Shown here: piece by piece, positions 27,309 to 41,276 of the stretch
Layout of the letters: each line of letters starts with the position of its first letter
How positions within the stretch are numbered: position 1 is the stretch's first letter
Assembly: GCA_964016885.1 (NCBI GenBank)
Contig: OZ024750.1
Location: forward strand, 34,472,001 to 34,536,000
Source: Eledone cirrhosa
Taxonomy: Eukaryota
Reading direction: 5' to 3'
DNA length: 64,000 nucleotides
Notes under the pieces: generated by a model
Seen by the model: the letters and a program-made list of their open reading frames with translations, nothing else
Database searches by the model: none
What the model was told of the DNA's origin: nothing
Translations under genes and position numbers: made by a program

Positions 27309-27393
27309 AACGGAAATAACAAAAAGCAAATGACACAGTTCAATGAAGAAATCTATTATTAGTCGTATGCTTGATATAGTAGGAAAAGAAGAG

Positions 27394-27428
27394 TCTTAAC
27401 GTTTCGGATGATAGTCCTTCTTCAGAAA
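27394..27428 (-). ncRNA. Minimal hammerhead ribozyme motif (PLE-type)
   Basis: Minus strand TTT-CTGAAGA-A-GGA CTATCA TCC-GAAA-CG-TTA-AGA. Confidence 0.6.
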
Positions 27429-28418
27429 ATAGAATGATAAATTGAGGAGACAGGCAGTATATATGTATATATATATATATATATATAAGCACTGCCCGAA
27501 CTCAGCTGCTGTTGGAACACACTAGATGGCACTATGCGACCAGTTTTCAATTTATAGTGGCAGGCTTTTAAAATGTTTATTTGTAAACAGACCGAATTTC
27601 GCCAGATATACAAAACTATGTTAGAGTCAATGCTCGTGTGTATGTGTATGTGTATGTGTGTGTATGTGTGTGTGTGTGTAAAAACAGTTTCCATTTTATA
27701 ATTTAATCATTTAGAGATTTTCAAGTTGTGTCAATTCTACAGACTTTTTTTTTTTCACTCAAATAAAATTACTATGCATATTTAGTTGAGTAATTAGTTT
27801 TCTAAATTTAAATACATTTGGATACTCTCTGATTAGTAACTGATATGCTGCATCTAACATTTAATTTAATGTCTGTGGCTAAATTCTATTTAATTACAAA
27901 CTGAAAATAAATTGTTTATGTTACTAAAACAGCTAGGAAATATAAAGTGATATTTTTAACATAGCTGCAAGCATTATTTTCTCCCTAAAAATCTTGATTC
28001 TTTCTTCCAATAGTCTTCTTTTCACTTTGTTTATCTCCTACTCTCAACATTTACCTATTTCTTCTCTTTTATCTTCAATTCCTTTTCATTTTTTTTTACC
28101 ATCACAAACCTACGACTATACTGCTCTCGTTTCTCAACATTTTCGCTTTTAAAACATTTCCTATCAATGGTTTTTAATTCTTTATCTTTTCCCCTCAATT
28201 AAAGTTCTTTTCAATTTATTTTTTCTGAAACTAAAGAAAGAAATGTGATAAAAACTGTTACAGTATAAATGGCAATAAGGAAATGAGAAAGGAAGAGAAG
28301 AAAAAAGAAACGAAAGAAAAGGAAAGGGGGAGGGAGCGACATAAATATAAATTCTTTTATATTGTACCCATTTTTTTTAGAAAACAAAGTGGGGTGTTGT
28401 GTACGGCATTTTATAAAA

Positions 28419-28476
<58 letters not shown>

Positions 28477-28954
28477 ATATATATGTATATATAATATATA
28501 CACACACAAGAATTGATTCTATCAAATTATATGAACATAAAAAGAATCTAACTTCAAATGCTGTTGCTACCATAAAGAACTGTTTACATTAAAACCAGTT
28601 TTAGTAAGTAGGATAAGATTAAGATCTTTCCAGAGATAATAAATGAAGATCATAAATATATTTCTATCACTATTATTTCTTTAAAATTGTGTTGTTTCTC
28701 TTGTTTGAGCCTAATTTAACTAACATTTGTTAAAAACTAATGCAGAATTTTATTCCACTCCTTAAAAAACATATTTGTGTGTGTATGGTGGGGGAGTCAT
28801 TGCTGTTCTAATATAGCTAAAAATAATAATAAAACTCACAGTTTGGTTTGGTTTTCACTTTAGTTCAGTATATCTTTATATTTTTATAAATAATTTAGCT
28901 GGCAATTAATGTTTATCATTGGTTGACCAACAGTTAAATTTATAAATATGAAAT

Positions 28955-28956
<2 letters not shown>

Positions 28957-28989
<33 letters not shown>

Positions 28990-29249
28990 TTTACGTCCAC
29001 TTTTCCCTGCTTGCAAGGGTGGGACGGGAACTGATTCTGGCTTGATTTCTACAGCTGGATGCCCTTCCTAACACCAACCTCATTTACAGTGAGTGCTGGG
29101 TGCTTTTTTGCCGTGTCACCTCCACGACCACTTTACAGTGGAATGATATGGACCCCAGTCCTATCATCTCATTTCTACAGCTGAGTAAACTGGAGCAATG
29201 TGAAATAAAGTGTCTTGCTCAAGGAAACAACACATCACCTGGTCTGAGA
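28957..29249 (-). mobile_element. SINE family A, 5'-truncated
   Basis: Reverse complement of family A. Confidence 0.85.
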
Positions 29250-30739
29250 AATATATATATATATTTTATATTTATAAATTTTACATTTAGAAAAGAGGCT
29301 GTTTGCATAATTGCGAACGAATCGAATATTATTATTAATATTTGAAAAACTCAGATTACATTTATCTATATTTATTTATCTCTCTCTCTCTATATTTATA
29401 TATCTCTCTCTCTCTATATATATATATATATCTCTCTCTATATATATATATAGAGAGAGAGTTCAAATGCCACCGAGCTTAACCTTTTGGGAATGATAAA
29501 ATAAAGTACCAGTAATGCACTGGGGTTGATTTAATCGCCCCCCCCCCCCCCCCCCCCAAAAAAAAAAAAATTTGCTTGCCTTGTGTCTATACTAGAAACA
29601 TATTTTGGAGAATATGTTTTTTTCTTTCTTCAATACCAATTTTATATATTTAATACCTGTTTCTTCGTTAGTTGTTATATTCTAAACGAGATAACATTCA
29701 ATGAATGTATTTAATGTATAACAATATTAATAGGTGTAATTTGACATAGATTTTTGTATTTATATGTAGCTGAGAGCAGGTGTCTGTTTCTGATAGTAAT
29801 AGATGTCCTAATTACATAAAGAGACAACCAGTGAAAACACTGAAACTATTAAAGGTGAAGATTTACTTGTTATAACTTCCAGGCATATGAAAATAAATTA
29901 CTTGAATATTTAACTATTTACCAATTACATTACTCTATATATACAATTGTATGTTCATGATAAAGACTTTATCTCACATAATTATTTCACATAATATCCA
30001 ATTTATGAGATTTTGATATTTATTTTGAGAATAATACTTTAATATTAGTATGAGCAGCTGGTTACAGTCAGTTTGAACAGAAAGAGGTGAGAGAATTCTG
30101 GCCGTATATGGCTGGTTTAAATGTTAAAGGGTTAAGAAATCTATTGGCTATTTTTGTTTCTATACTAATAATTGTTTCTACGTTTTGGCACAAGGCCAGC
30201 AATTACCCAGTACATTACTGGTACTTTATTTTATCGACCCCGTAAGGATGAAAGGCAAAGTTAACCTCGGCGGGATTTGAACTCAGACCGTAAAGGGACG
30301 TAACTATGCTAGAAAACATGGCGTCCAACCCTCTACCGATACTGCCAATATGAACACATTTAAAAGTCAACCAGTCTTTTAAAGGCAGTTTTCTAGACTT
30401 TTGGCAGCACTGTTTTATTGCAAAGATGAATATATATTTTAAGTAATTCTATCATCATCATCATCATCATCATACGTCCGCTTTTCCCTGCTTGCAAGTG
30501 TGCGAGATTTGAACTCAGAATGGAAAGGGCCGTAACTCTATGCGTCAAAGCATGACGTCCGACTCTCTACCGATTTCTATATTAAATATATATTATATAT
30601 ATATATATGTATATATATATTTACACACATACATTTTATATAGTGTAACAATGGCATGAATGAAACACTTAGTAGCAGGGCTAATGTGAGATCACACACG
30701 ATAAAGTAAATAGTATATATGTCTATGAATTCCTATACT

Positions 30740-30932
30740 AATAATTGTTTCTACGTTTGGCACAAGGCCAGCAATTACCCAGTACATAACTGGTACTTTA
30801 TTTTATCGACCCCGTAAGGATGAAAGGCAAAGTTAACCTCGGCGGGATTTGAACTCAGAATGGCAAGGGATGTAACTCTATGCGTCAAAGCATGGCGTCC
30901 GACCCTCTACCGATTCTGCCAATTCACCACCC
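30740..30932 (-). mobile_element. SINE family B, full length, with target-site duplication
   Basis: ATTCCTATACTAATAAT on both flanks (~30729 and ~30935). Confidence 0.85.
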
Positions 30933-31211
30933 TATTCCTATACTAATAATGGTTTCTGATTTAGGCACAAGGCCAGCAATTTTGGAGGAAGGAGAAAGTT
31001 GATTAAATCGATTCCAGAATTCTTTCTCCTTTTTGAAACCGGTCGTAACCAGAAACTCATACCAACGTCATGATATCTTAAGATAAACATTAACATCCTC
31101 AAAATCTTGATGATGATATATGTGTATATATATATATATAAATATAAATATGTATATAGATATGTGTATACATATATATATGTGTGTATATAGATATATG
31201 TATATAGAAAA

Positions 31212-31550
31212 TGGAGGCACATGGCTTAGTGGTTAGAGCATTGCCCTTGCAATCGAAAGGTTGTGAGTTCAATTCTCAGACTGGGTGATGTGTTGTTTCC
31301 TTGAGCAAGACACTTTATTTCACATTGCTCCAGTTTACTCAGCTGTAGAAATGAGATGATAGGGACTGGGGTCCCTATCATTCCACTGAAAAGTGGTCGT
31401 GGAGGTGCCATGGCAAAAAAGCACCCAGCACTCACTGTAAATGAGGTTGGTGCTAGGAAGGGCATCCAGCTGTAGAAATCAAGCCAGAATCAGTTCCCAT
31501 CCCACCCTTGCAAGCAGGGAAAAGTGGACGTAAAATGAAATGAATGAATG
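31212..31550 (+). mobile_element. SINE family A
   Basis: Near-identical to 14855-15195. Confidence 0.88.
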
Positions 31551-31763
31551 AATATATGTGTATATATATATATAGATATATGTATATAGATATATGTGTA
31601 TATAGATATATGTGTATATAGATATATGTGTATATAGATATATATAGATATTTGTGTATATAGATATATATAGATATATGTATATATATATATGTAGATA
31701 GATGTATATAGATATATGTATATAGATATATATGTATATATAGATATGTGTATATATATATAT

Positions 31764-31958
31764 ATAGGAAAAAGTATGACCCGGACGGCAGAGCTCAAGC
31801 CGTTTCGGCGGCTATTTCTGGACCGAAATAGCCGTCGAAACGGCTTGAGCTCTACCGTCAGAGTCATACTTTTTCCTATTTCCCACTCTACTACTCTAAG
31901 TATTGAGTACTCTGGTGCGTTATGGTCCATCTGGTTCCTTACCACATTTCCTTTGTTA
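31764..31958 (+). mobile_element. Fold-back HHR-end element, family H1
   Basis: Palindrome 31764-31879 plus ~80-nt tail, embedded in (TA)n. Confidence 0.72.
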
Positions 31959-33527
31959 TATACACACATATATATATAGATATATAGATATATATATAGA
32001 TATATGTGTATAGATATATGTGTATATATATGTGTATATATGTATATATATGTATATATATATATATATTTGTGTATATATGTATATATATATATATATA
32101 TTTGTGTATATATATATATATATATATATTTGTGTATATATGTATATATATATATTTGTGTATATATGTATATATTTGTGTATATATGTATATATATATA
32201 TATATATTTGTGTATATATGTATATATATATATATATTTGTGTATATATGTATATATATATATATATATTTGTGTATATATGTATTTATATATATATATA
32301 TATGTATATATATGACACGGTCTCCCGAGTAACCCTGCATCAAATGGAGCAAAACCATCTAACCCATGCTAGCGTGGAAGATGGACGTTAAACGATGATG
32401 ATTATATATATAATTTCCTAACACACACACACTCAGACATATATTTCCAGATATTGAAATTATTCTTGCTAATGCATGTAGCATTACACACCTAACTTGA
32501 ATTATGTGGTGAGGAAAAGACAACATTAGTCAGTGACTAATATTATTTTCATTGCTATGTAGTTATTTATTTATTCTTGTGTATATATTAATCACTTTGC
32601 AAGATACTGAAACTATTTATAAAATACTTGAATAATATACTTACTAAATAGATTTATTGAAATAAATGAACAAAGCAACCTTTTTTATTTCAATTGAATT
32701 CATTGACTCCAAAGAAAAAATTTTAATGTGTTTATTTATTTATTTGTTTGTTTATTCATTTGTTTCTGAATTAATGAACCTAGACCTACTTCTACATGAA
32801 TAAATATTCCCAGAAGACTTTAGACCCAAGCTGATATCACATTCTATATACTGGCTGATTGAATTATTTCTTTCCAGCCCTGACATCTCATAAACCAGAC
32901 ATTCTTGAACTGTGTATAGTTATATTTCTTTTATTTAAAATATTTATGTCTTAAAATATCATCATCATCATCGTTTAATGTCTGCTTTCTCTGCTGGCAA
33001 GAGTTGGTGTCTGTAAACCCACCCACCCAAGTGAGTATTGAAGTGGACCTACTGACTTCCCAGGCATGCTGAAAGGTCTGTATTTTGCTTATGTATGGTC
33101 ATACCGGAGAAGTTGTCTTGTCTTTTGACACAAACTAAAAGGTCGTCCCAACCCCTTGGCAAGCTTTCTATAGCTGGATGCTCTTCCAAGCACTTTACAG
33201 CACCTACTGGGTGCTTTTATTATGTAATGTAGGAGACAAAACTTATTTTAATAACTCATAATGGTTTCTGATTTAGGCACAAGGCTAACATTTGTGGAGG
33301 AGAGGAAAGTTGATTATATCGACCATAGTACATTACTGGTACTTTATTAATAACTTTTTTAATAACTGATTATACCGTTTAATTTTCTCATACCACTGTT
33401 TAATTTTCTCATGATACTGTTTTATACAAACCTATTCTATTTAGAGATAGAATATGATAAGATGAAATAAATTATAACTGTGAATTAATAAAAGGTGATA
33501 TGACTTACTTGGTAGCAAGGAGATGAG

Positions 33528-33608
<81 letters not shown>

Positions 33609-33650
33609 ATCTTGGGTTGTATAGAAAGTTACTTTATTAGTTTAGAATCT

Positions 33651-35632
33651 CCCACATCTTGAGACACATGAGGCAACCATAGTGCTCCAATGATAATAGT
33701 CAGTTGCATCTGTCAATACATCCCACATCTTGAGACACATGGGGCAACCATAGTGCTCCAATGACCACAGTCAGTTGCATCTGTCAATACATCCCACATC
33801 TTGAGACACATGAGGCAACCATAGTGCTCCAATGACCACAGTCAGTTGCATCTGTCAATACATCACACATCTTGAGACACATGAGGCAACCATAGTGCTC
33901 CAATGACCACAGTCAGTTGCATCTGTCAATACATCACACATCTTGAGACACATGAGGCAACCATAGTGCTCCTATGACCACAGTCAGTTGCATCTGTCAA
34001 TACATCCCACATCTTGAGACACATGAGGCAACCATAGTGCTCCAATGACCACAGTCAGTTGCATCTGTCAATACATCCCACATCTTGAGACACATGAGGC
34101 AACCATAGTGCTCCAATGACCACAGTCAGTTGCATCTGTCAATACATCCCACATCTTGAGACACATGAGGCAACCATAGTGCTCCAATGACCACAGTCAG
34201 TTGCATCTGTCAATACATCCCACATCTTGAGACACATGAGGCAACCATAGTGCTCCAATGACCACAGTCAGTTGCATCTGTCAATACATCACACATCTTG
34301 AGACACATGAGGCAACCATAGTGCTCCAATGACCAAAGTCAGTTGCATCTGTCAATACATCCCACATCTTGAGACACATGAGACAACCATAGTGCTCCAA
34401 TGACCAAAGTCAGTTACATCTGTCAATATATCCCACATCTTGAGACACATGAGGCAACCATAGTGCTCCAATGACCAGTCAGTTACATCTGTCAATACAT
34501 CCCACATCTTGAGACACGTGAGACAACCATAGTGCTCCAATGACCAGTCAGTTACATCTGTGAATACATCCCACATCTTGAGACACATGAGGCAACCATA
34601 GTGCTCCAATGACCACAGTCAGTTACATCTGTCAATATATCCCACCTCTTGAGACACATGAGGCAACCATAGTGCTCCAATGACCACAGTCAGTTGCATC
34701 TGTCAATATATCCCACATCTTGAGACACATGAGGCAACCATAGTGCTCCAATGACCAAAGTCAGTTACATCTGTCAATATATCCCACATCTTGAGACACA
34801 TGAGGCAACCATAGTGCTCCAATGACCACAGTCAGTTGCATCTGTCAATACATCCCACATCTTGAGACACATGAGGCAACCATAGTGCTCCAATGACCAA
34901 AGTCAGTTGCATCTGTCAATACATCCCACATCTTGAGACACGTGAGACAACCATAGTGCTCCAATGACCAAAGTCAGTTACATCTGTCAATATATCCCAC
35001 ATCTTGAGACACATGAGGCAACCATAGTGCTCCAATGACCAGTCAGTTACATCTGTCAATACATCCCACATCTTGAGACACGTGAGACAACCATAGTGCT
35101 CCAATGACCACAGTCAGTTGCATCTGTCAATACATCACACATCTTGAGACACGTGAGGCAACCATAGTGCTCCAATGACCACAGTCAGTTGCATCTGTCA
35201 ATACATCACACATCTTGAGACACATGAGGCAACCATAGTGCTCCAATGACCAAAGTCAGTTGCATCTGTCAATATATCCCACATCTTGAGACACATGAGG
35301 CAACCATAGTGCTCCAATGACCACAGTCAGTTGCATCTGTCAATATATCCCACATCTTGAGACACATGAGGCAACCATAGTGCTCCAATGACCACAGTCA
35401 GTTACATCTGTCAATACATCCCACATCTTGAGACACATGAGGCAACCATAGTGCTCCAATGACCAAAGTCAGTTGCATCTGTCAATATATCCCACATCTT
35501 GAGACACATGAGGCAACCATAGTGCTCCAATGACCACAGTCAGTTACATCTGTCAATACATCCCACATCTTGAGACACATGAGGCAACCATAGTGCTCCA
35601 ATGACCACAGTCAGTTGCATCTGTCAATATAT
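33651..35632. repeat. 71-bp minisatellite, ~28 copies
   Basis: Unit CCCACATCTTGAGACACATGAGGCAACCATAGTGCTCCAATGACCACAGTCAGTTGCATCTGTCAATACAT at 33651, 33722... Confidence 0.95.
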
Positions 35633-35757
35633 CTTTCCAACTTTTGTTGAGCGGTTTTGGGACCCTGTCAATTGTCTGACACCAGGGGTGTCCTCTTCAC
35701 TTTTTTCCATGGGGATGGGGATCAATACAGGACCTGAATAGCATGTCTCTCACTTGG

Positions 35758-36172
35758 GAGAGTCATGTGACTTGTCCTAACCAATCAAGTCAACACACAT
35801 GTTGTTAGTGGGTTCGGAGTCATGTGACATGTCCCAACCAATCAAGTCAACACACATGATGTTAGACAGAGGTTGTTGGTGAGTTTCGAGTCATGTGACA
35901 TGTCCCAACCAATTGTTAGGCACGTTGTTGGTGAGTTTGGAGTCATGTAACATGTTCCAACCAATCAAATCAACACACATGATGTTAGACACGTTATTGG
36001 TGGGTTTGGAGTCATGTGTCATGTTCCAACCAATCAAATCAACACACATGATGTTAGACACATGTTATTGGTGAATTTGGAGTCATGTGACATGTTGGTG
36101 GGTTTGGGGTCATGTGACATGTCCCAACCAATCAAATCAACACATATGATGTTAGACACATGTTGTTGGTGA
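35758..36172. repeat. Degenerate ~50-70-bp tandem repeat (GAGTCATGTGACATGTCCCAACCAATCAA...)
   Basis: About 7 copies visible. Confidence 0.8.
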
Positions 36173-37453
36173 AGTCCCCCCTCCTGATACCCCACTTTCC
36201 GTAGACATCAGGTGGTATATAAAGTTGGGTATGCTGATATTTTAACCCTTTACCATTCACATTACTCTATATTTACTATGTATTTTCATGGTAAAGGCTT
36301 TACCTCACATACTATTTCACATAACATTTACATTACTCTATATATACTATTGTATTTTCATGGTAAAGGCTTTACCTCACATAATATTCCACATAATATC
36401 AAATCTATGAGATTTTGATGTTATTTATTTTGAGAACAATACCTTAACATAAGTATGAACGGCCAGTTACGGCTGGTTTGAACAGTGTATGTGTGTACTG
36501 TGTTTGTGTGAGTGTATACTTTGTGAGTGTGTGCTGTGTGTGTACTGTGTATGTGTAAGTGTGTAGCGTGTGTGTTTGTGTGTGTAGTTTGTGAGTGTGT
36601 AGTGTGTGTGTACTGTGTGTGTGAGTGTACTTTGAGAGTATTTTGTGTGTACTGTATGTGAGTGTACTGTGTGTGTGTGTGTGTGTGTACTTTGTGAGTA
36701 CTGTGTGTGTGTGTACTTTGTGAGTACTTTGTGTGTACTGTGTGTTTGTGTGTAATTTGTGAGTACTTTGTGTCTACTGTGTGTTTGTGTGTAATTTGTG
36801 AGTACTTTGTGTCTACTGTGTGTTTGTGTGTAATTTGTGAGTACTTTGTGTGTACTGTGTGTTTTTGTACTGTATGTGTGTACTTCGTGAGTACTTTGTG
36901 TGTACTGTGTTTGAGTGTGTAGTGTATGTTTGAGAGATCTTATTACAAACTGTTTAAGGGTTTAGTTCACCTCCTGGCCCCAACGGAGGATTAGAAAATC
37001 TAGTAAAAGCAACAATTATTCTACAGATATTTCACAGATCTTTCACAGGAGAATATAAGAAGGAATGTTGATTTAAAATCAAAATACTAAAGAAATGGTT
37101 GTCAAACAGGTCATGTATTTAGAGTAGCAATAACAACAGCAGCCAAACTACTTTCTAACAGTTTTCTATATAGACAGTAACTGGTAAAATATCCCTGTAT
37201 TGATGATAGGCTGTCTAATAATTGTTTCTACTTTTGGCACAAGGCCAGCAATTACCCCAGTGCATTACTGGTACTGTACTATATTGACCCCGTAAGGATG
37301 AAAGGCAAAGTTAACCTCGGCGGGATTTGAACTCAGATTGGAAAGGGCCGTAACTCTATGCATCAAAGCATGGCGTCCGACCCTCTACCGATACTGCCAA
37401 TCCACCAGTATTATAATAATACTTAAAATAGTAGAAACAAACTGAACTTCTAA

Positions 37454-37497
<44 letters not shown>

Positions 37498-37498
<1 letters not shown>

Positions 37499-37805
37499 CA
37501 TCATCATCATCATCATCAGGTTTAGCGTCCGTGTTCCACGCTTGCATGGGTTTGGACGGGGGTTTTCCCACTTGAGGCAAGAGTGGTTGTCTTGCTCGCA
37601 TAGGACTGTCTGGCGGGTTTTCTACAGTTGGATGCCCTTCCTAACACCAACCACATTTACAGTGTGGGGCTGGGAGATTTTTACCGTGTTGCCTTGATAG
37701 AGATGCCTACTGACTGTAGTAGGTTTTTACTTTGTATTTAGGTAAGGCTGGTCTTCTCTATTACTGAGTACCGCCAAAGGTCTCGGTCCAGTGACATTGT
37801 CTTGG
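37498..37805 (-). mobile_element. RTE LINE 3' UTR fragment (same family as 54790-56122)
   Basis: Near-identical reverse complement of parts of 55545-56122. Confidence 0.85.
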
Positions 37806-37836
<31 letters not shown>

Positions 37837-38014
37837 AAAGGTAAACAGAAATAACAACACAGTATATGGAAGGTATATATTAGGTTAACACTTAACGTTC
37901 CGGTCGCTAGTCCTTCATCAAAAGAAAGAATGAGAAATATGATAGATTAAAGGGACGGGCGAGATGGAATTGGAAATATATATACATATATATATATACA
38001 TATATATATATATA

Positions 38015-38955
38015 AGTAAAATTGGGATGAGGTGATAAAAGCGGACCTTACCCAATTGCACCTCTCAAAGGCGATGGATGACACAGGACCGTGACCTCTG
38101 GCATCATGCAGTAATACAGAAGACCCGACTTCCAACGGGTACAAGCCGAAGCTGAAGTATATAGACAATATGCCCCCACCCCCTCTCACTGTAAAGTGGT
38201 CGTGTGGGTGCCACGGCAAAAAAGCACCCAGCCCACACTGTACAGTGGTCATGTAGGTGCCACGGCAAAAAAGCACCCAGCCCACACTGTACAGTGGTCA
38301 TGTAGGTGTCACGGAAAAAAAAGCACCCAGCCCACACTGTACAGTGGTCATGTAGGTGTCACGGAAAAAAAGCACCCAGCCCACACTGTACAGTGGTCAT
38401 GTAGGTGTCACGGAAAAAAAAGCACCCAGCCCACACTGTACAGTGGTCATGTAGGTGTCACGGAAAAAAAAGCACCCAGCCCACACTGTACAGTGGTCAT
38501 GTAGGTGTCACGGAAAAAAAAGCACCCAGCCCACACTGTACAGTGGTCATGTAGGTGTCACGGAAAAAAAAGCACCCAGCCCACACTGTACAGTGGTCAT
38601 GTAGGTGTCACGGAAAAAAAAGCACCCAGCCCACACTGTACAGTGGTCATGTAGGTGTCACGGAAAAAAAAGCACCCAGCCCACACTGTACAGTGGTCAT
38701 GTAGGTGTCACGGAAAAAAAAGCACCCAGCCCACACTGTACAGTGGTCATGTAGGTGTCACGGAAAAAAAGCACCCAGCACTCACTGTAAATGAGGTTGG
38801 TGTTAGGAAGGGCATCCAGCTGTAGAAATCAAGCTAGATCAGTTCCTGTATGAGCAAGGCATGGTGACCCGACCTGACATTGCCCACAACAGGAAAACCC
38901 GTCTAACCCATGCTAGCGTGGAAGAATCGACGTAAAACGGTGATGATGATGATGA
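38015..38955 (+). mobile_element. RTE/SINE-tail element containing a 50-bp internal tandem array (~11 copies, 38195-38790)
   Basis: Unit GTAGGTGTCACGGAAAAAAAAGCACCCAGCCCACACTGTACAGTGGTCAT matches an internal segment of SINE A; barely expanded relative at 57855-58177. Confidence 0.85.
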
Positions 38956-38969
38956 TATATATATATATT

Positions 38970-39522
38970 GAAAGGATAACAAGGACGATTGGTTACTCCT
39001 TCATTACATTTATTGGTAGGTGACGCGTGTTTCGCCACTGATCAGCTCAAGGTTTGATCTGTATCGATCTTACCCGACTCAATGAATACATGCTATATGA
39101 TAAAGTCAGAAGTTCATATCATATAGCATGTATTTATCATATAGCATGTATTTATCATATAGCATGTATTTATCATATAGCATGTATTTATCATATAGCA
39201 TGTATTTATCATATAGCATGTATTTATCATATAGCATGTATTTATCATATAGCATGTATTCATTTTCTACTAGCATTTTAAAGGGTCCGTCGAGCTGCCG
39301 ATTATTGAGTCGGGTAGGATCGATACAGATCGAACCTTGAGCTGATCAGTGGCGAAACGCGCGTCACCTGTCAATAAACGTAATGAAGGAGTAACCAATC
39401 GTCCTTGTTATCCTTTCTATATTTTACACTCTGTATAGCTCTACACATCATCACAGAAGTGAACCTAAATATCGAGTGCTCACCCAGGTGAACCTACAGT
39501 AACTCCAAGTTACACTCCCTAG
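38970..39522 (+). mobile_element. Inverted-repeat element (114-bp arms) with 18-bp tandem spacer and tail; HHR-like GAAACGCGCGTC
   Basis: Arms 38970-39083 and 39304-39417; (TATCATATAGCATGTATT)x8 in the spacer. Confidence 0.7.
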
Positions 39523-39572
39523 ATATATATTATGGAATACTGTTGGCTTCTTGCTACAATACTTTCTATACC

Positions 39573-39618
<46 letters not shown>

Positions 39619-39677
39619 ATATATATAATTCATGCTAGCATGGAATAATCGATGTTAAATGGTGATGATGAATATAA

Positions 39678-39749
<72 letters not shown>

Positions 39750-39756
39750 CCTGGCT

Positions 39757-39807
39757 TGGCTTCCTGATGATTTCTCTCAAATGAAAGTTCTATTCCTGTA
39801 GAAGCCA
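39757..39807 (+). ncRNA. Degenerate hammerhead motif, family H2
   Basis: Stem I TGGCTTC/GAAGCCA, CTGATGA...GAAA; tail similar to 26318-26399. Confidence 0.55.
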
Positions 39808-40032
39808 TTTCTATATTAAATATTTATACTCTATGTATTGAGTACCTTACTTACTGTGGTTACCCCCGATTGGACGCAGGAAAACTTATATATATATATA
39901 AATACTTACACTAAACATTGATACAATTCAACTCAAGCACTCAATGTACTTTATCCACATAGGAATGACGGAGTATATTTAGAATAAGAAAATGCGAAGT
40001 AGCTTCAGATGTTAAAGTCCTTTATTGATAAG

Positions 40033-40107
40033 GCTGTGATACATATTTCAATGACAACAGTGGCCACGCAATTCCGCGTACCCAGTGCCATGATCTCATC
40101 AGACAGC
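40033..40107 (-). ncRNA. Type I hammerhead ribozyme motif (family H3)
   Basis: Minus strand GCTGT-CTGATGA-extended stem II-GAAA-TATGTA-TC-ACAGC, then AATAAA. Confidence 0.75.
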
Positions 40108-40852
40108 TTCTTACATAATAAGGTTATGTTCTCGAGGCAATCCAAATTGAAATGACAAGGGAACGGACAAAGGTTATGTTCTTGGAGCCTTCGCCCATTC
40201 CCTTGTGAGCCCTAATTCCCTTCCACAATTTGTATATATACCCAGGCGAGACCAGACAAGGTCATGGATCTTATCCAACCATCTTGCTCAGGGTCTATTC
40301 CTGAGTCTCCTGCCAGTTGGTTTTGCCCATGAAATCTGTCCAGCGAATCTTTCCTGAGACATTCTAACCACATGCCCATAGTATCGGAGCTGTAATCTCT
40401 CAATTTGGAGATGTAGCGGCTCTACCTGGAGTGATTCTCTTATCTCTGAGTATCCAATATCCTGCAATTTGCTGTAAAACAATATGACTAAAGTTTTGTA
40501 CAATTAGAAACTCTGATAAATTTTGATTAACTAATTAATTCTGGAAATTATTTTTAGATTTATGACTGTAACAGTAAAAATGTCACTAATGAATTCCATT
40601 AATATGTAGCAATCCTTCCTTTCTCAAGTGTATAACAATCCTTTATATTAATTAGAAAGTCTCTACAGGTAAAATTATGGTATAATGAATGCCATATAAT
40701 GAATTTTTCAGTATAATAAACTTTTTTTCAATCCCTGAGGTAATAACAAACAAGCGCTCGATTTGTTTGGGTCTATCTCGCTATAAAGAATTTTTCGTTT
40801 ACAAGAAATGTCTTTTATACCCTGTGAATTTTGTTCTAATGGAATTTCACTG

Positions 40853-40971
<119 letters not shown>

Positions 40972-41276
40972 GGGAAAATGTTTAACCCCGACGGCAGAAC
41001 TCGATCCGTTTCGACGGCTATTTCTGGACTCCAGAATATATATAATATATATATATATATTATATATATAATATATATTTATATATATATATATATAGGA
41101 AAATGTGTGAGATCCTTGGTACTGTTTGAAAAAAAAGGAAAAGAATGACTTCACTTGTGTTAAATAATTTGATTTACTTTTATAATATTATAATATTATA
41201 ATATAAAATTAAATCAAATTATTTAACACTACAAGTGAAGTCATTCTTTTCCTCTTTTTCAAATATATATATATAT

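Noticed and set aside
33651-35632. CRISPR-like regular repeats (also 18956-19710, 38195-38790)
   Set aside because: Head-to-tail units with no unique spacers, no cas genes, eukaryotic context.
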